Source: Okamejei kenojei (taxonomy: Eukaryota). Taken from it: a DNA stretch of 64,000 nucleotides. The stretch spans positions 22,692,001 through 22,756,000 of the forward strand of contig CM069138.1 of assembly GCA_035221665.1 (NCBI GenBank). Reading direction: 5' to 3'. The notes beneath the pieces are model-generated. The model saw only the letters and a program-made list of their open reading frames with translations. It made no database searches and was not told the origin of the DNA. Positions within the stretch are counted from its first letter, which is position 1, and each line of letters opens with the position of its first letter. The position numbers and the translations under genes were made by a program. Below, piece by piece: positions 1-13,060 of this stretch.

Positions 1-40
1 TGCTGCACCCGGTGAGTTTCTCCAGCTTTTTGTGTGCCCT

Positions 41-303
41 GTACATTATGCTTGCCTTCATTAGTCGTGGCATTGAGTATAAGGGTCAGGAAGTCATGTT
101 GCAGCTTTATGTAACTTTGGTTAGGCCACATTTGGTTGCTCCATTACATGAAGGAGACTTTGGAGAGCTTTGCCAGAGTGATGCAAGGATTAGAGGGTAT
201 TAGCTGTGAGGAGAAGTTGCATAATCTTGGATTATTTTCCATGGAGCGCCTGAGGCTCAGCAGCGAACCAACAAAAGTATATAAAATCATGAGAGGCATC
301 AAT
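41..303 (+). mobile_element. Degenerate CR1 LINE 3' fragment (resumes at ~1150-1290 after an L1 insertion)
   Basis: Translates to CR1 ORF2 C-terminal motifs (MLAFISRGIEYK..LYVTLVRPHL; LGLFSMERLRL). Confidence 0.8.
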
Positions 304-1149
304 ATATACATCAATGTTCGTTAAACGCCAGACATTCTTTAATACAATTTAAAATATTACATAGATTGCATTATTCTAAAACAAAATTAAATAGAATTTT
401 TTCCTAATATCTCTCCTATCTGCGATAAATGTCAATACTCTGAGGCTAATTTAACCCATACCTTTGTAAATTGCAAAAAATTTAAAAATTTTGGGTGGAT
501 ATTTTTAAAATTATTTCCGTAGTGGTTAATATTCAACTGGATCCCGATCCTAAATTAATAATATTGGGCATATCTGAACAATACTTAAAACTGACAATAA
601 ACCAAAGAAATTTCCTGGATTATAGTATAATAACTGGGAAAAAACTAATATTAAAATGTTGGAAAATCCCTGCATCCCCTACAATTAAAATGTGGATTAT
701 GGAGATGTCGGAGACCTTAAATCTAGAAAAAATTATATTTGTCTTAATTGACAAACCAGAATTATTTATCAGAATATGGTCGCCGTTCATAGATTATTTG
801 AAGGGGTAGAATGGGCCAGCACTGAGGCTTGACGGAAGCTTGAACCCAGGACTAGACGAATAGTTTTGTTTTCTTACCTATGGACCTATCTCCTAAGTTG
901 TATTATGGATAGTTTATTTTATGTTTCTAAGTTTTTTTTTTCTTTTTCTTTCTTTTTTCTATCTATTAAAAAAAATAATAATTAGAGTCAATGTTACTAT
1001 GTAACCAATAAATGTAGACTCCTGCTACATTGGTAGTGGAGTCCTTGGAATCCTGAATATTTAATATGTAACCGTTTAACAAAGTTTGTAATGGTTTGGA
1101 CTAGGATCTGTACATGCCTCTAATAAAAGTTAATTACAAAAAAAAATAA
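304..1149 (+). mobile_element. 5'-truncated L1/Tx1-type LINE 3' end with A-rich tail
   Basis: CCHC-region remnants; peptide (KKLILKCWK..PTIKMWI..WSPFIDYLKG) is homologous to 51650-51950; near-perfect 21-bp TSD aaaatcatgagag(g/t)catcaat at 283-303 and 1150-1170. Confidence 0.85.
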
Positions 1150-1704
1150 AAAATCATGAGAGTCATCAATTGGATGGACAATCAGAACTTCTTCTCAGAG
1201 ATTAGTTTAAATAGGCATCATGTTCAACATGGATATTGTGGCCCAAAAGGCCTGTTCCTGTGCTGTACTGTTCTCATGTTCAATGTTATAATTACTATTT
1301 GTGGAAGAGTATTATTGTGGCACTAATCATAACTCAGACTCACATTTAGCCTAGTCATTGAAAAGGACAAGAACAAACTATGGAATAATGATCAAAATGG
1401 TGATAAGCACAGATTTACTCAATGGAGAAGAGACTTAGTAAATGGTAGTCTGCTAAATCACCTGTTAGCCTAAGTGTGAAGGTGAAGGATGTGAGAAAGG
1501 TTAGAGTCATTGACACATACAACACAATTACAGACCCTTCAGTCAACCATCATGTACCCATCCGTAGCAATCCTATTTTTCACACACATTCCCATCAACT
1601 CCATTCTCTTTTAATGATTCACCTTCCATTGATGATGGGACGACATACAGCAGCAAATTAACCACTCAACGCAATATCTTTGAGAAAAAAAAACAGAACA
1701 CCCG

Positions 1705-1900
1705 GGGAAACTGCAGATGCTGGTGTACACCAAAGACAGACACAAAATGCTGGAGTAACTCAGGGGGTCACGCAGCAACTCTAGAGAAAAGAAATAGGTG
1801 ATGTTTCAGGTCGAGACCCTTCTTCAAACTGAGAAGAAGGGTCTTGACCCATGCAACCACCTTGTCTATGCTTGGTCTCACCAATGTGATAATCATCCCC
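1705..1900. mobile_element. Penelope-derived inverted hairpin/pLTR fragment
   Basis: Recurrent motif gacacaaaatgctggagtaactcag..gggtctcgaccc, plus GETKHR (GIY-YIG-like) remnant on the - strand. Confidence 0.6.
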
Positions 1901-2604
1901 TGGCGTGGGGCAGCTGAGATTTCCCCCCCAATGCAGGAGCTTGATCGCCTCGACGAGGAAGGCCCGCCGCCGGCAACGGGAGTAAGATCTTCCCATCAAC
2001 GGAAGGTTAGAGGCCCCGACTGCTCGGGGACAAAGAAGGGAGAGATTGAACTTTTTTTGCCTTCCATCGCAGTGAGGAATGCAGAGGAGTCGCTGAGGTG
2101 GATGTTCATGTTAAAATGTATTTTGTATGTTCTGTTGCTTTTTATTGATCTGACTGTATGGCAAATTAAATTCCTCATAAGTTGTTAAACATACTTGGTT
2201 AATAAAATATGATTATGGTTATGATTATGATTATGTTGTGGTCAAGTAGAAAGCGTGTGTACCATTGCACAATAAAGCGGAAGTACTTATACTGGTTATA
2301 TGGACACACTGATCTGTTTTGTAGTCAATGCCTACTATGTTCTGTTGTGCTGAAGCAAAGGAAGAATTTCATTGTCTTATCAGGGACACATGACAATAAA
2401 TTCACTTGAACTTGAACTTGAAGTACAGAGTAGTTTAGCAATGTTCAAAGTGAATACTTTGTCAGCCTAAATGTTAAATGCAGCAAAATAAAAATACATG
2501 AAGAACCTGTCCATAATGTTTTAATTCTCTGGCTGCAGGATTGATGCAAGCAATGTCCTGTTGTTTCAACAGGGGGGTTGGGATGAGGAAGTTAATTATT
2601 ACAG

Positions 2605-2880
2605 GGCAGCACAGTGACAGGTAGAGCTGTTGCCTCACAGCATCAGAACTCCGGGGTTCAATCCTAATCTTGGGTTATGTCTGTGTGAAATTTGTACATT
2701 CTCCCTGTGACTGCATGGGTTTCCACGGAGTGCTCTGGTTTCTTCCTACATTCCAAAGATGGATTTGTAGGTTAATTGACCTTTGGTTTAGTGTAGTTTG
2801 GAAATACACCGAGTCTGCACTGACCAACAATCTCAGCACATTAACACTACCCCACACACACTAAGGATAATTTAATATTT
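2605..2880. mobile_element. tRNA-derived SINE fragments (HE1-like)
   Basis: A/B-box-like head (ggtagagctgttgcctcacag..ggggttcaatcc) and body shared with the other SINE copies in the window. Confidence 0.7.
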
Positions 2881-2893
2881 ATACTATACCAAG

Positions 2894-2894
<1 letters not shown>

Positions 2895-2939
<45 letters not shown>
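2895..2939 (+). repeat. Poly-G run (~45 nt) followed by CA-rich microsatellite
   Basis: Directly visible. Confidence 0.9.
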
Positions 2940-2941
<2 letters not shown>

Positions 2942-3175
2942 GGCCTGCGGCATCACACACACACACTGACCACCCAACACACACTCACACACTAACCACC
3001 CCCTCATACACACATTAACCACCCCCTCACATACACACACACACACACACACACACTAACCACCCCCTTGATATTATATTTATATTATTCATTTGCTCCT
3101 TTTATCCCATTACCCCGCCCTATCACGCATAGCCCCCAACTCGCAGGAGCGGCTCGAGAGGGAGGGGGGTAGAGA

Positions 3176-3530
3176 CCCACAGGAGCCGTTGGAAGGAGGC
3201 CCACAGGAGCCGTTCCGGTAAGCTATAAAATCAAGTCCTTTCAGAGGCCCACAGGAGCCGTTGGAAGAGGAGTAGGGGGAGGAGCGACACCCGACCGGTA
3301 AGCTATAAAATCAAGCGCGGGGCTTGTTTTTTCAGAGGCCCACAGGAGCCGTTGGAAGAGGAGGAGGGGGAGGAGCGACACCCGACCGGTAAGCTATAAA
3401 AATCAAGCGCGGGGCTTGTTTTTTCAGAGGCCCACAGGAGCTGTTGGGAAGAGGAGGAGGGGGGGAGCGACACCCGACCGGTAAGCTATTAAAATCAAGC
3501 GCGGGGCTTGTTTTTTGTTAAGCTATAAAA
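3176..3530 (+). repeat. Minisatellite, ~90-bp unit (ggcccacaggagccgttggaagagg..ccggtaagctataaaatcaagcgcggggcttgttttttcaga), about 3-4 copies
   Basis: Direct repeats are visible; the array is interrupted by DIRS copy A at taaAAT. Confidence 0.85.
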
Positions 3531-6500
3531 TAGTAAGATTAAATGAGAACTTACCAGTTTGAAGTTTGATCTTTATTTTATGAGGAGTTACGATGAGGGA
3601 TTACGTGAAGACCCCGCCAGGACGCATGCGCGACATTCTTCAAAGCAGTGGTGTGAAATCACAGATACCAGAGTAGACTAATATAGTAAGATAAGAGAGA
3701 ACTTCCATACCAGTTGAACTTTATAATAGAGGGTTTTGGGAGCGGAGGGCACGTAATCCCTCATCGTAACTCCTCATAAAATAAAGATCAAACTTCAAAC
3801 TGGTAAGTTCTCATTTAATCTTACTATTTTACTTCGGAGTCACGTGAGTGACTACGTGAAGATTTCAAAGCTCTGTGATTTCATGCCCTGGAACGAGACC
3901 ATGCTCACACACTGCCATTCTGGGACGGAGGATGAACGTATTTCACTCACGACACTGTGCTGAAAAACAATAAAGGTATTATTCATACCTAAAATAATAT
4001 GCCCCACATTGGGTAATTTATTTTACAGAACTTAATTTTTCCCTGCAAAACGTCTCAGGATCGGCCACGGGTTTATTATAAAGCATTAAATGCGTTCATT
4101 GCTCCACCCCCGCTGTGGCAAGGATGTGGTCCATAGGAACTCCCATCATCCTAGCGCGTCCGATGTAGATGCAGCCCTGTTGGAGTGAGATTTGAAACAT
4201 TAGTATTCACCACTGCATGTAATACCACCCGAACCATCTGGATATGGTTTGCACTGTGACCTTAGGTGAGGGCATTTATGGCTTATGAGAGAGCTCTCTC
4301 CGTGCCCATAAGTGTCTAGGTGACTATATATTGGAAAATATGTGTCACTATGCAGGGCCGACTATCTGCAGGATAGGCCCAGAACTCTAATATTGGCCAA
4401 AGGAACCGGGTCAGTCTTGTTTAAGTACCCATGTATGTAGCAGGTTATCTGCCATTTATGACAGACATGACGTCCTATTCTAGCTTGTGTAAGGACTGGA
4501 CCCGTTGTGCTGATCCAAGTGCCATAATCATTCCCATCTAGGATATTAGTTTGTCCAGAGTGAGCCCCGATATTGGTGTCCATCCTCGTAACATGGTGTA
4601 CTACCTATGTCCCATATATAGGTGTATCTGGGCCTGGGGGGAATAGAGTACAAATACCCCTCATTCGTTTAGGTACTAGTGGGTGTGATCCTATAGCCAG
4701 GTGATCACTCCCTCTGCCCAGATATTAGATAGGGCACTCCTTGCACAATAATGGCACTGTAACTCAATCCTTCATCGAAATGAAGGGTGGCCAGAACTCC
4801 AGCACTTCAGTGTTGGTGGCTGAGTCATATGTAGTGTTCGTCCTGGTGCTGAACACTTCCCATTTCCTGACATATGTCAGGTACTGTCTTCTCGTGGACT
4901 CCCTGCACGACGCTGAGATGGCATTGATCGTCCTGTCGGAGAGTCCGTATCCCAGAAATGGCCTGTTCAGAAACTGCATATCAACAAGTTCATACAGTCA
5001 TGGCACGGATACTTTCCCGCACGGGGTGTGCCAACCTCCTTGGCCGTTGTTGATCCAGATGCAGGGTTCTGAGACCATCTTTGTACTGTTGGGAACCATG
5101 GTACCCGTTGCGGCGTCTTGTTTAATTATTGTAAGACTCGCCTGATGAGGCAGAAGGGGAAAATGCATAGCAAAACAAATCCCCCCCCCCCCCGAATGCA
5201 GCGAGAAATCGTCCATCGCTGCTGCCCCTGGGTCTGGTTCCCAAGCAACATATGTTGGCAGTTGGTGAATTAGTCCGGATGGAAAAAAGGTCGATATCTG
5301 GTGTCCCATACCGGTCTATAATATCTGTAAACACTTTCCGATCCAACATCCATTTAATGTTGTCGTTGAATTTACGTGACCTGATGTCTGCCACTGTATT
5401 TAGCTTGCCTGGAAGGTAAGTGGTTGAGATCCAAATCTCTCTCCCAGACACCAGTGCCAGATATTATTAGGCAATTCATCACATGATATCGACTTTATTT
5501 CACCCATATGATTATATATAGGCCCCCAGTGTGGTATCAATCTGTACCGTACATGCAACTGGTGCTCATCTGAGCAGTAGACCCTGAGTCCATGAAACGC
5601 TCCCAGCATTTCTAGATAATTAATTGCTAGTGCTTTAAACAGAATAATTTTTGTGCACTCATCTGCCACCACAACTTGCGGTGGTATTAGTTGCTCCCCA
5701 ACCTTTAGCACTGGCATCAGTCTGTAATGTACCCTAGGGATATAGAATGGGGTGATGGGGTTAGGATAATATGGAACATTTCTATCCACAGTTTAATTCT
5801 AATTTACTTTCCCTGGTAGTTGCATAGGCCTATTGAAATGGCCTGTATGATTTTTGAGAGGTAAAATTTCCCTCTTCCAGGTTTTAATAATGGAGTGGTC
5901 CAATTGTGCTGCTGGGAACACAGCCACCAGTTCCCAATCACTCTTGCTCCTTGCCGAATGGATGGTTCCCTGATGCCAGTGAGGCTTTTGCATACTCCCA
6001 TCAAGTCTGTCACTTTGTTTGGTGGCAAGGTGATAGACATATGAACAGAGTCAATAGTGAACCCCAAATAATCCATGGTAGTGGAGGGTTCCAATTTTGA
6101 TTTATATGGATGTACGTTAAACCTCTCTGTTGTGGCTGATACCACCAATGTAGCCAGCTCCAATTTTCACCTACAATGAGAATATCATCAAGGTAAGCCA
6201 TGACGATATGGTTATGTTTCTTTAAGTATGCTAAAGCTGGTTTTAATAAATTTGTAATAGCCTGGGTGCTGATGACAACCCATTGGATAAGGCATACTGC
6301 CATTGCTGTCCCATCCAGATAAATTTCAGGTATTTACGATGACCCTGTGTGTGACAAACGTGTCTAATTTGAAATGGGCATACTGAACGGAAGTATTTAG
6401 TTCGGTCAAATCTATAATGATACGGCAACCACCATCTTTTTAGTTTTTTTATAAATATATTTGATACGAACTCTTGAAATTCTCTGATTGTTTTCTCAAT

Positions 6501-8010
6501 CCCTTTTGTGTTTAGTCTTAAACAGTTCAGCATGGCCTGCTGTTCTCTCTTTTTTGTGAAGTATGAACTTCCTGCTAGGCATATGCTGAACTGGGACGGT
6601 AGTTTGTATACAAATTCAATTTTGTAATTCTGAATACTTCCGAGTATGTAAAAGTTCAGAGGTAAAAGTGCAGCACACATGATGAAACAAGTGCAACCGT
6701 CCCCCAACTTTAATGAATCGGACATGCAATGTTTTTTTAAGACAACCAGACCCACCTACCTCCATGGTTACCGGTGTTGTGTGGGTTGTCTCCGCAGTTG
6801 TTTCTTCTGGTATTGTGTTGCTGCGTTGTGGGGTTGGCGCGTTTTCCATGAAGGCCGGGCTGGGCCATGGTCTGAAAGACCTCTGTGCAGGTGGGCCGGC
6901 CTTCGAGCTTTCACCACCAGATGGTCTTCCATAGCACCGATGTCTGGTGGGTGTGTAGGGGTGCTGCCGCTGTTGATAGGGGGTTTTAGAGGTGCTTGGC
7001 ACCTTGATCAGGCCTATAGCCTTGGCTTCCTCATGCAGGTCTTTCACCTGCTTCGGGAGGTCCCCCAACAGCAATTTTGGCGCCTGTGTGCTACTTGTCT
7101 TGCATAATTCCGCACTTCTTGATGATGCTCTTCCTGTAACTGTAAATCTCCACTGATTATTACACAGTCTGCTAGAGCATCACGTAACTCTTCAGGCAAA
7201 TCAACCCCATCAGTTGTCCTGGTACTGCTGTGATTTTAGCAGCCAGCAGTTTCCTCTGGAGCTTCCCCTCCTGGCTCCTTATAGATGGGTTCCTGTTGCC
7301 CCAGATGGGGTCATGGACTGCTGGTACTTTAAGAGAAATGGAGTTCTCTGGAGCAATGTACTTCCCAGCCATAAAGTTAATGGCTTGCTCCTGTAGCTGG
7401 TTTGTAGCCATGTATTTTTCACTGGCTTGCAGCTTTGTATAGGCAGTTCTTCTTGAGTTGATACAGCATGTGCCCCACAATTCTTCTGCTGCTCTCTCTT
7501 CTGGCACCTCTCACAGTTGACTGTTCAGCCATTGCCCCTTCTTCAGGGTCAGCCCAGCTCTGACCCCTAATGCTCCCCTGCGAAAAGGGTGAGACATTTG
7601 GCAGTCCTTGAAAGGATCCTGCCGTGGGTCTGCGAAGAGACCCACTGTGACTCTGCCCCTGCATAAGCAGGTCACGCTGGAGCACTGCTCCCCACCCGCT
7701 CCTGCGGGAAAGACGCCCGCCATCGCTATCCATGAACGGGGTGTCTTCAGGTCCGGACCCAGCCGAGTCAACGGACCTGTCCGACTTCCGGGTGGTTTTG
7801 CCGCCGACCGCGGCGCACCTGCGGTCTGTAGCGGCGAGAAGCCGGCAGCTGCTGGCAGCACCTGCAGCTCTGGAGAGACGGCACGCTGCTGGCTGCTTCC
7901 ACAGCAGCGGTATCAGCTGCTGCTCTCCCTTGCGCGACTCCATGGTGCTTCCTCCTGAAAAAGAAACACTCCGAGTCGCCACGCTCACCAGAAAAGGTAA
8001 GACTTACCTT
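3531..8010 (-). mobile_element. DIRS tyrosine-recombinase retrotransposon, copy A (defective; left terminus deleted)
   Basis: Fragmented gag, RT (MAYLDDILIVG), RNase H, methyltransferase-like (PDIDLF) and YR ORFs; right terminus and ICR with 77-bp inverted arms at 3531-3607 and 3750-3826; near-identical to 32151-36733. Confidence 0.93.
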
Positions 8011-8123
8011 CAACAGCAGCTTCATCCTGACGGTTACAAACGTGATGCTCAATGACTCTGCCATCTATTACTGCACAGTGTGGGGAGATATCAGAGGGAA
8101 TGGAACCCAGCTCAACGTAACTA
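8011..8123 (+). pseudogene. 3' remnant of an Ig V(J)-type domain exon (receptor copy 1, first V domain)
   Basis: NSSFILTVTNVMLNDSAIYYCTVWGDIRGNGTQLNVT with DxAxYYC and J-like GxGT-L-V; phase-1 donor gtgagt at 8124; highly similar to the 3' part of 25828-26170. Confidence 0.88.
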
Positions 8124-8718
8124 GTGAGTGCAAATTATATTTGGTTTTATTCACCTATGTGTAACTATATTGGGTGTAATTCGCTTCCCTTGAATAGGCA
8201 AATGTACCAGGAGTACTGAAAGTTACTGGAGCCTGGCTTGTGGTCCCTCTCTAATGGTGTGAGCACTGATATGGTAACTGACCTGTATGTCAGATATGGG
8301 TTGTGGGAAATTAATTTCAATAGGCAGTGTGTTCTTCATTGTGGAGAAAAATAAAAACATTGTTCTATGCTCAGTGTATTAACAGAGCATTGCTCACAGC
8401 TGTTGGAGTTAAGGTACGGGAGAGCAGAACTACAACTTGTCGTGGGTTTAGAGTAACAAATGCTCCTCCTCATTTCAACCAGGAAACACTGATACTTCAC
8501 AGAGCTGAGGCAACATCAATGACCCAGCCAAGGCCAGGGCCCTGTGACCGGCAGAGAAGAAATAGGTTACATGTTAATCACCTGTGGTCATGCCCTCCCA
8601 CAGTCTGACCGTTCATTATTGTCTGGATCTGAGTCTTTGCTCATCTGCATTGCTTTGAAATGGGCCCCTATTACATTTTAAACAGTGTGTTTAATGGTTG
8701 AATTTCCCTCTCAATAAA

Positions 8719-11391
8719 GATAGACACAAAATGCTGGAATAACTCAGCCGGACAGGCAGCATCTCTGGAGAGAAGAAATGGGTGACGTTTCTTCTTCCGA
8801 AGGGTCTCGACCCAAAACATCACCCATTCCTTCTCTCCAGAGATGCTACCTTCTCTGCCATGCTGCAACATGGTATACAGAAGCGTTCCCGTGACAGGTC
8901 CTGCCGTGTCCTCCGCCCTCTTCTCCCCGGCCAGGTTGTCCGTATGAGCACCTGCTGACGTGCCTGGCCTACAGCGCTTCCTGGGCATGGTCAACTACCT
9001 GGGGAAGTTCATCCCCGACCTGAGTGAACTGAACGCCCCTCTGAGGGACCTGGTGAAAAAGGACACTGCCTGGGCCTGGTTTCCGCAACACCAGAAAGCA
9101 TTTGACACCCTCAAATCCAAGTTGATCAGCATGCCAACGCTGAAGTACTTCGACATCCAGCGCCCCATCATTCTCACATGTGATGCATCGAAGTTTGGCC
9201 TCGGGGCCGCCTGCCTGCATATCCATGATGGGGTGCAACTGCCTGTGTCATACGCATCCCGCACAATGACGACCGCTGAACAACGCTATGCCCAGATTGA
9301 AAAGGAGCTGCTGGCTGTGGTCTTTGCCTGCTCTAAATTCAAGGACTATATCCTGGGCACCTGCTTCACTGTCGAAACGGACCACCAGCCTCTGGTCACC
9401 ATCCTCAACAAGCCAATACACGTGGCCTCCTCCCGGCTCCAGCGCATGATGCTCCAGCTACAACGCTTCACTTTCACAGTGGTTTATCGCAAGGGCAAGG
9501 ACATGTTTGTTGCTGACACGCTGTCTCGGGTGCCTCTCTCATCTGCAACCCGACATCCGTACGAGGCGTCCGATCTGATAGTCCTGAACGTCAATTTCAT
9601 GTCCTCCAGTCAGTTGAAGTCCCTGGCCAAGCACATGGCGGCTGACGCTTCGCTACAACAGCTGGCCGCGATCATCGAGCGGGGCTGGCCAGACCGCCGT
9701 TCTTCCCTGCCGGCCGCAGCGGTGCCTTACTTCTTGGTTCGTGACGAGTTGGTGCTGCGTGATGGTGTGATTGTGAAGGGGCACAAGGTGGTGGTGCCCG
9801 CAGCACTCCAAGAACAATACTTCGAAACTGTTCATCGTGGCCATCCTGGGGCCGAAGCGACCCTTTCCATCGCTCAGAGTCAGTTCTTCTGGCCTGACAT
9901 GCCTCGCTACTTCCGGGATAGGGTCTCCGCGTGCCCTACCTGCAACAGCCTCGCTCCGCAGCAACAGCAGCAGCCGCTCCTGCAGCAGCCAGCTGCTAAC
10001 CTGTCCTGGTCTGCGCTGGCAACCGACATCATCGAGTGGCACAGAAAGCACCTCCTGGTGCTTGTCGACTCTTACTCCAGCTGGTTTGAAGTTGACGGTC
10101 ATCGAGAAGTTGCGCCGCCACTTTGCCACCTTCGGGTCCCCGGTCAGCCTGCAGTCGGACAACGGCAGCCAGTTCACCAGTGCCGAGTTCCGCGTTTTTG
10201 CCGAACGATGGAACTTTCGTCATTACACCAGCAGCCTGGAATACCCGCAGAGCAATGGACTGGCCGAGCGCGCGGTCCGCAGTGCCAAAGGATTATTGGA
10301 ACATTGCCGCCTATCCCGCTCCGATATCTACCTGGCCCTGCTGAATCTCCGCAACATCTCCCGCGACCATGCCCTGGGCTCCCCGGCTCAGCGCCTCATG
10401 TCCCGAGTCACGCGGCCCACGGTCCTGGTGTCTCAACAGTCCTTGTCTCCCTCCGTCCTTAAACCTGCCTTAGTCCGGAAGCGCATTGCCCAGAAACACG
10501 GTATACAGAAGCGTTCCCATGACAGGTCCTGCCGTGTCCTCCGCCCTCTTCTCCCCGGCAGGTTGTCCATATGAGGTCCATTTCTGGCCGCTCCAAGCTG
10601 GCCGTGGTCGTCGGTTCTGCCGGCTCCCCTCATTCGTACCTTGTCAACCACGACGGCAGGGTGTACCGCCGATCCCGCCAGCATCTCCGGCTCGTGAACG
10701 AGCCTCTCCCTACCCCGGCGGTTCCGTATGGCCCCCCGCTGCCACTTTCACGGCCTAATGCCCTGCCCGTTCCTCTGGGGATCCCCCCCCCCATCCTTCT
10801 CCTGTCCGTCTCCAGGCTGCAGTCCCACTTTCTCCAGCTTCCTCGCCCTTCTCTTCGCCGTCCCCCCCGATGCCTTTGTCGCCCAGGGGTTCTCCTGTCT
10901 GCAGCCCCCACCATGCCCCGGCGTCGGCCCCGCTTGTTCCCGTCGGGGAAGGAGGTGATGGCGAGGTTCGGACCCGGTCTGGTCGCTTGGTCAGGCTGCC
11001 GGTCCGTTACGGCGATTACGTGCGATTCTGTACTCCTGTGCCTTACTGTTTGCGTTTACCCTAGCGCCTGAGACGTGGTCGCCCTGTCACTCACTGTTTA
11101 TTTTTGTAGAGGAAGGATGTAGATGATATGTGTACACACCTTTAATTGATAGTAACGTTGTTCATGCTAACCACTCCCCCACCAGTTAGTATAATTGTAA
11201 CCTACACGCCCCTAGCTCTCTCTCTGGTGATCGTGACAGACCACGTACAGCTAGGGCAATAATGTGTGATTAATAAAGTAGTGAAGATCTAATGGTATCT
11301 GTGAATCTACTTTATACCCATTGAGTTACTCTTGCATTTTGTGTTTATCTTCGGTGTAAACCAGCATCTGCAGTTCCTTCCTACACATTCT
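8719..11391. mobile_element. Penelope-type hairpin element (8719-8850 and 11310-11391) interrupted by a Gypsy fragment
   Basis: 11-bp TSD ctctcaataaa at 8708-8718 and 11392-11402; inverted arms. Confidence 0.7.
8851..11310 (+). mobile_element. Ty3/Gypsy LTR retrotransposon 3' fragment (RT C-term, RNase H, integrase, PPT, 3' LTR)
   Basis: FLGMVNYLGKF, CDASKFGLGA, YAQIEKELLA, TDHQPL, HHCC zinc finger, SDNGSQF, YPQSNGLAER; PPT agaggaagga 11108-11117 then TGT at 11118 and AATAAA near 11272. Confidence 0.92.
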
Positions 11392-11529
11392 CTCTCAATA
11401 AACTGCCCATGTTCCAGTGAAGTAGATAACTCATTGTACCCACAGCAGTAAAGGAAAGACAAGAATCCAACACTCAAGCAGAAGAATAGGTCAGGTGTAA
11501 AATAATACTCTCCTTCCTTAGAAGGCTTA

Positions 11530-13060
11530 GAAAGTTTGGTATGTCTGCAACAACTCTCACCAAACAGACTGAGAGTCAGGGGAAAGGGAAACGAGAAGTA
11601 TAGACAGTGATACGGAGAGATTTCAAACAAATGAATGAAAGATAACCAAAAAAAATGATGATAAAGAAACAGGCCATTGTTAGCTTGGGCTAGGTGAAAA
11701 TGAGTTACAGCCAATAAGACTCAACAAGTTGACTTTGATGCTGGTACTACTTGGGTGGGGGAGGTGTGGAGAGAGAAGGCATGCAATGGTTACTTGAAGA
11801 CAGAGAAATCACTTTTCACACTGCAACGTTGAAAGCTGCCCAAGCGAAATACAAAGTTCCGTTCCTCCAATTTGCATTTCACCTCACTCTGGCAATGTCG
11901 GAGGCACAGGACAGAAAAGTCAGTGTAGGAATTAAAACAGGAATTAAAGTGTTTGGCAACTGGGAGATCAGGTAGGTCCAGGCAGACTGAGGGAAGGTGT
12001 TGGTGAATGGGCAGATGCAGATTAATGTGAATAAATGTGAGGTTATCCTCTTTGGTAGCAAAAATAGGAAGGAAGATTATTATCTAAATAGTGTCAAGTT
12101 AGGGAAAAAGGGAAGTACAATGTGATTTTGGAGTCCTTGTTCATCCGTCAATGAAAGTAAGCATGCAGGTACAGCAGGCAGTGAAGAAAGCGAATGGCAT
12201 GTTGGCCTTCATAACAAGAAGAGTTGAGTATAGGAGCAAAGAAGTTTTTCTGCAGTTGTACAGGGCCCTAGTGAGACTACATCTGGAGTATTGTGTGCTG
12301 ATTTAGTCTCCAAATTTGAGAAAAGATATTCTTGCTATTGCGGGAGTGCAGCGTAGGTTAGGCAACAAGGTTAATTCCCAGGATGGCGAGACTGTCATTT
12401 GCTGAGAGAATGGAGCGGCTGGGATTGTATACTCTGGAATTTAGAAGAATGAGAGGGGATCTTATTGAAACATATATTATTAAGGGTTTGGACACGCTAG
12501 AGGCAGGAAACATGTTCGTGATGTTGGGGGAGTCCAGAACCAGGGGCCACTGTTTAAGAATAAGGGTCAAGCCGTTTACAACGGAGATGAGGAAATGTAG
12601 AGTTGTGAGTGTGGAATTCTCTGCCTCAGAGGGCGGTGGAGGCCGGTTCTCTGGAAATTATCAAGGGAGAGCTAGATAGGGCTCTTGAAGATAGGGAATG
12701 TGGGGAGAAGGCAGGAACGGGGTACTGATTTTTGAAGCTCAGCCATGATCACATTAAATGGCGGTGCTGGTTTGAAGGGCCGTATGGCCTACTCCTGCAC
12801 CTATTGTCTATTGTCAGCTAAACGATAGACCAGTCTACGTTTGGTCTCACCGATGTAAAAGAGTCCACAACTTGAACAACAGTAACAGTAGATTAAGTTG
12901 GAGGAGGTGCAAGTGAACCTCTACATAACCTGAATGGACTGTCAGGGGCCCTGAACAAAGTTGAGGGAGGAGGTATAGGGACAGGTGTTGCATCTCCTAC
13001 GGTTGCTTCAGCATTTTGTGTCTCTTTGGTATAAACCAGCATCAGCAGTTCCTTTCTATA
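11530..13060 (-). mobile_element. Penelope-like element 3' fragments split by a CR1 insertion
   Basis: Antisense GIY-YIG-region remnants similar to 29560-30420, with a pLTR motif at ~13000-13060. Confidence 0.6.
11995..12815 (+). mobile_element. CR1 LINE 3' fragment
   Basis: RLGLYTLEFRRMRGDLIETY; 3' end ggcctactcctgcacctattgtctattgtc. Confidence 0.88.

Noticed and set aside
2895-2939. Poly-G as a functional G-quadruplex
   Set aside because: Cannot be distinguished from a sequencing or polishing artefact; no supporting context.
3176-3530. CRISPR-like repeat array
   Set aside because: Eukaryotic context, no unique spacers, no cas genes; it is a minisatellite.
8179-8610. Possible next exon (ANVP.. 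resembling the V2 start) or a C domain
   Set aside because: Stops quickly, with no Ig Cys/Trp pattern.
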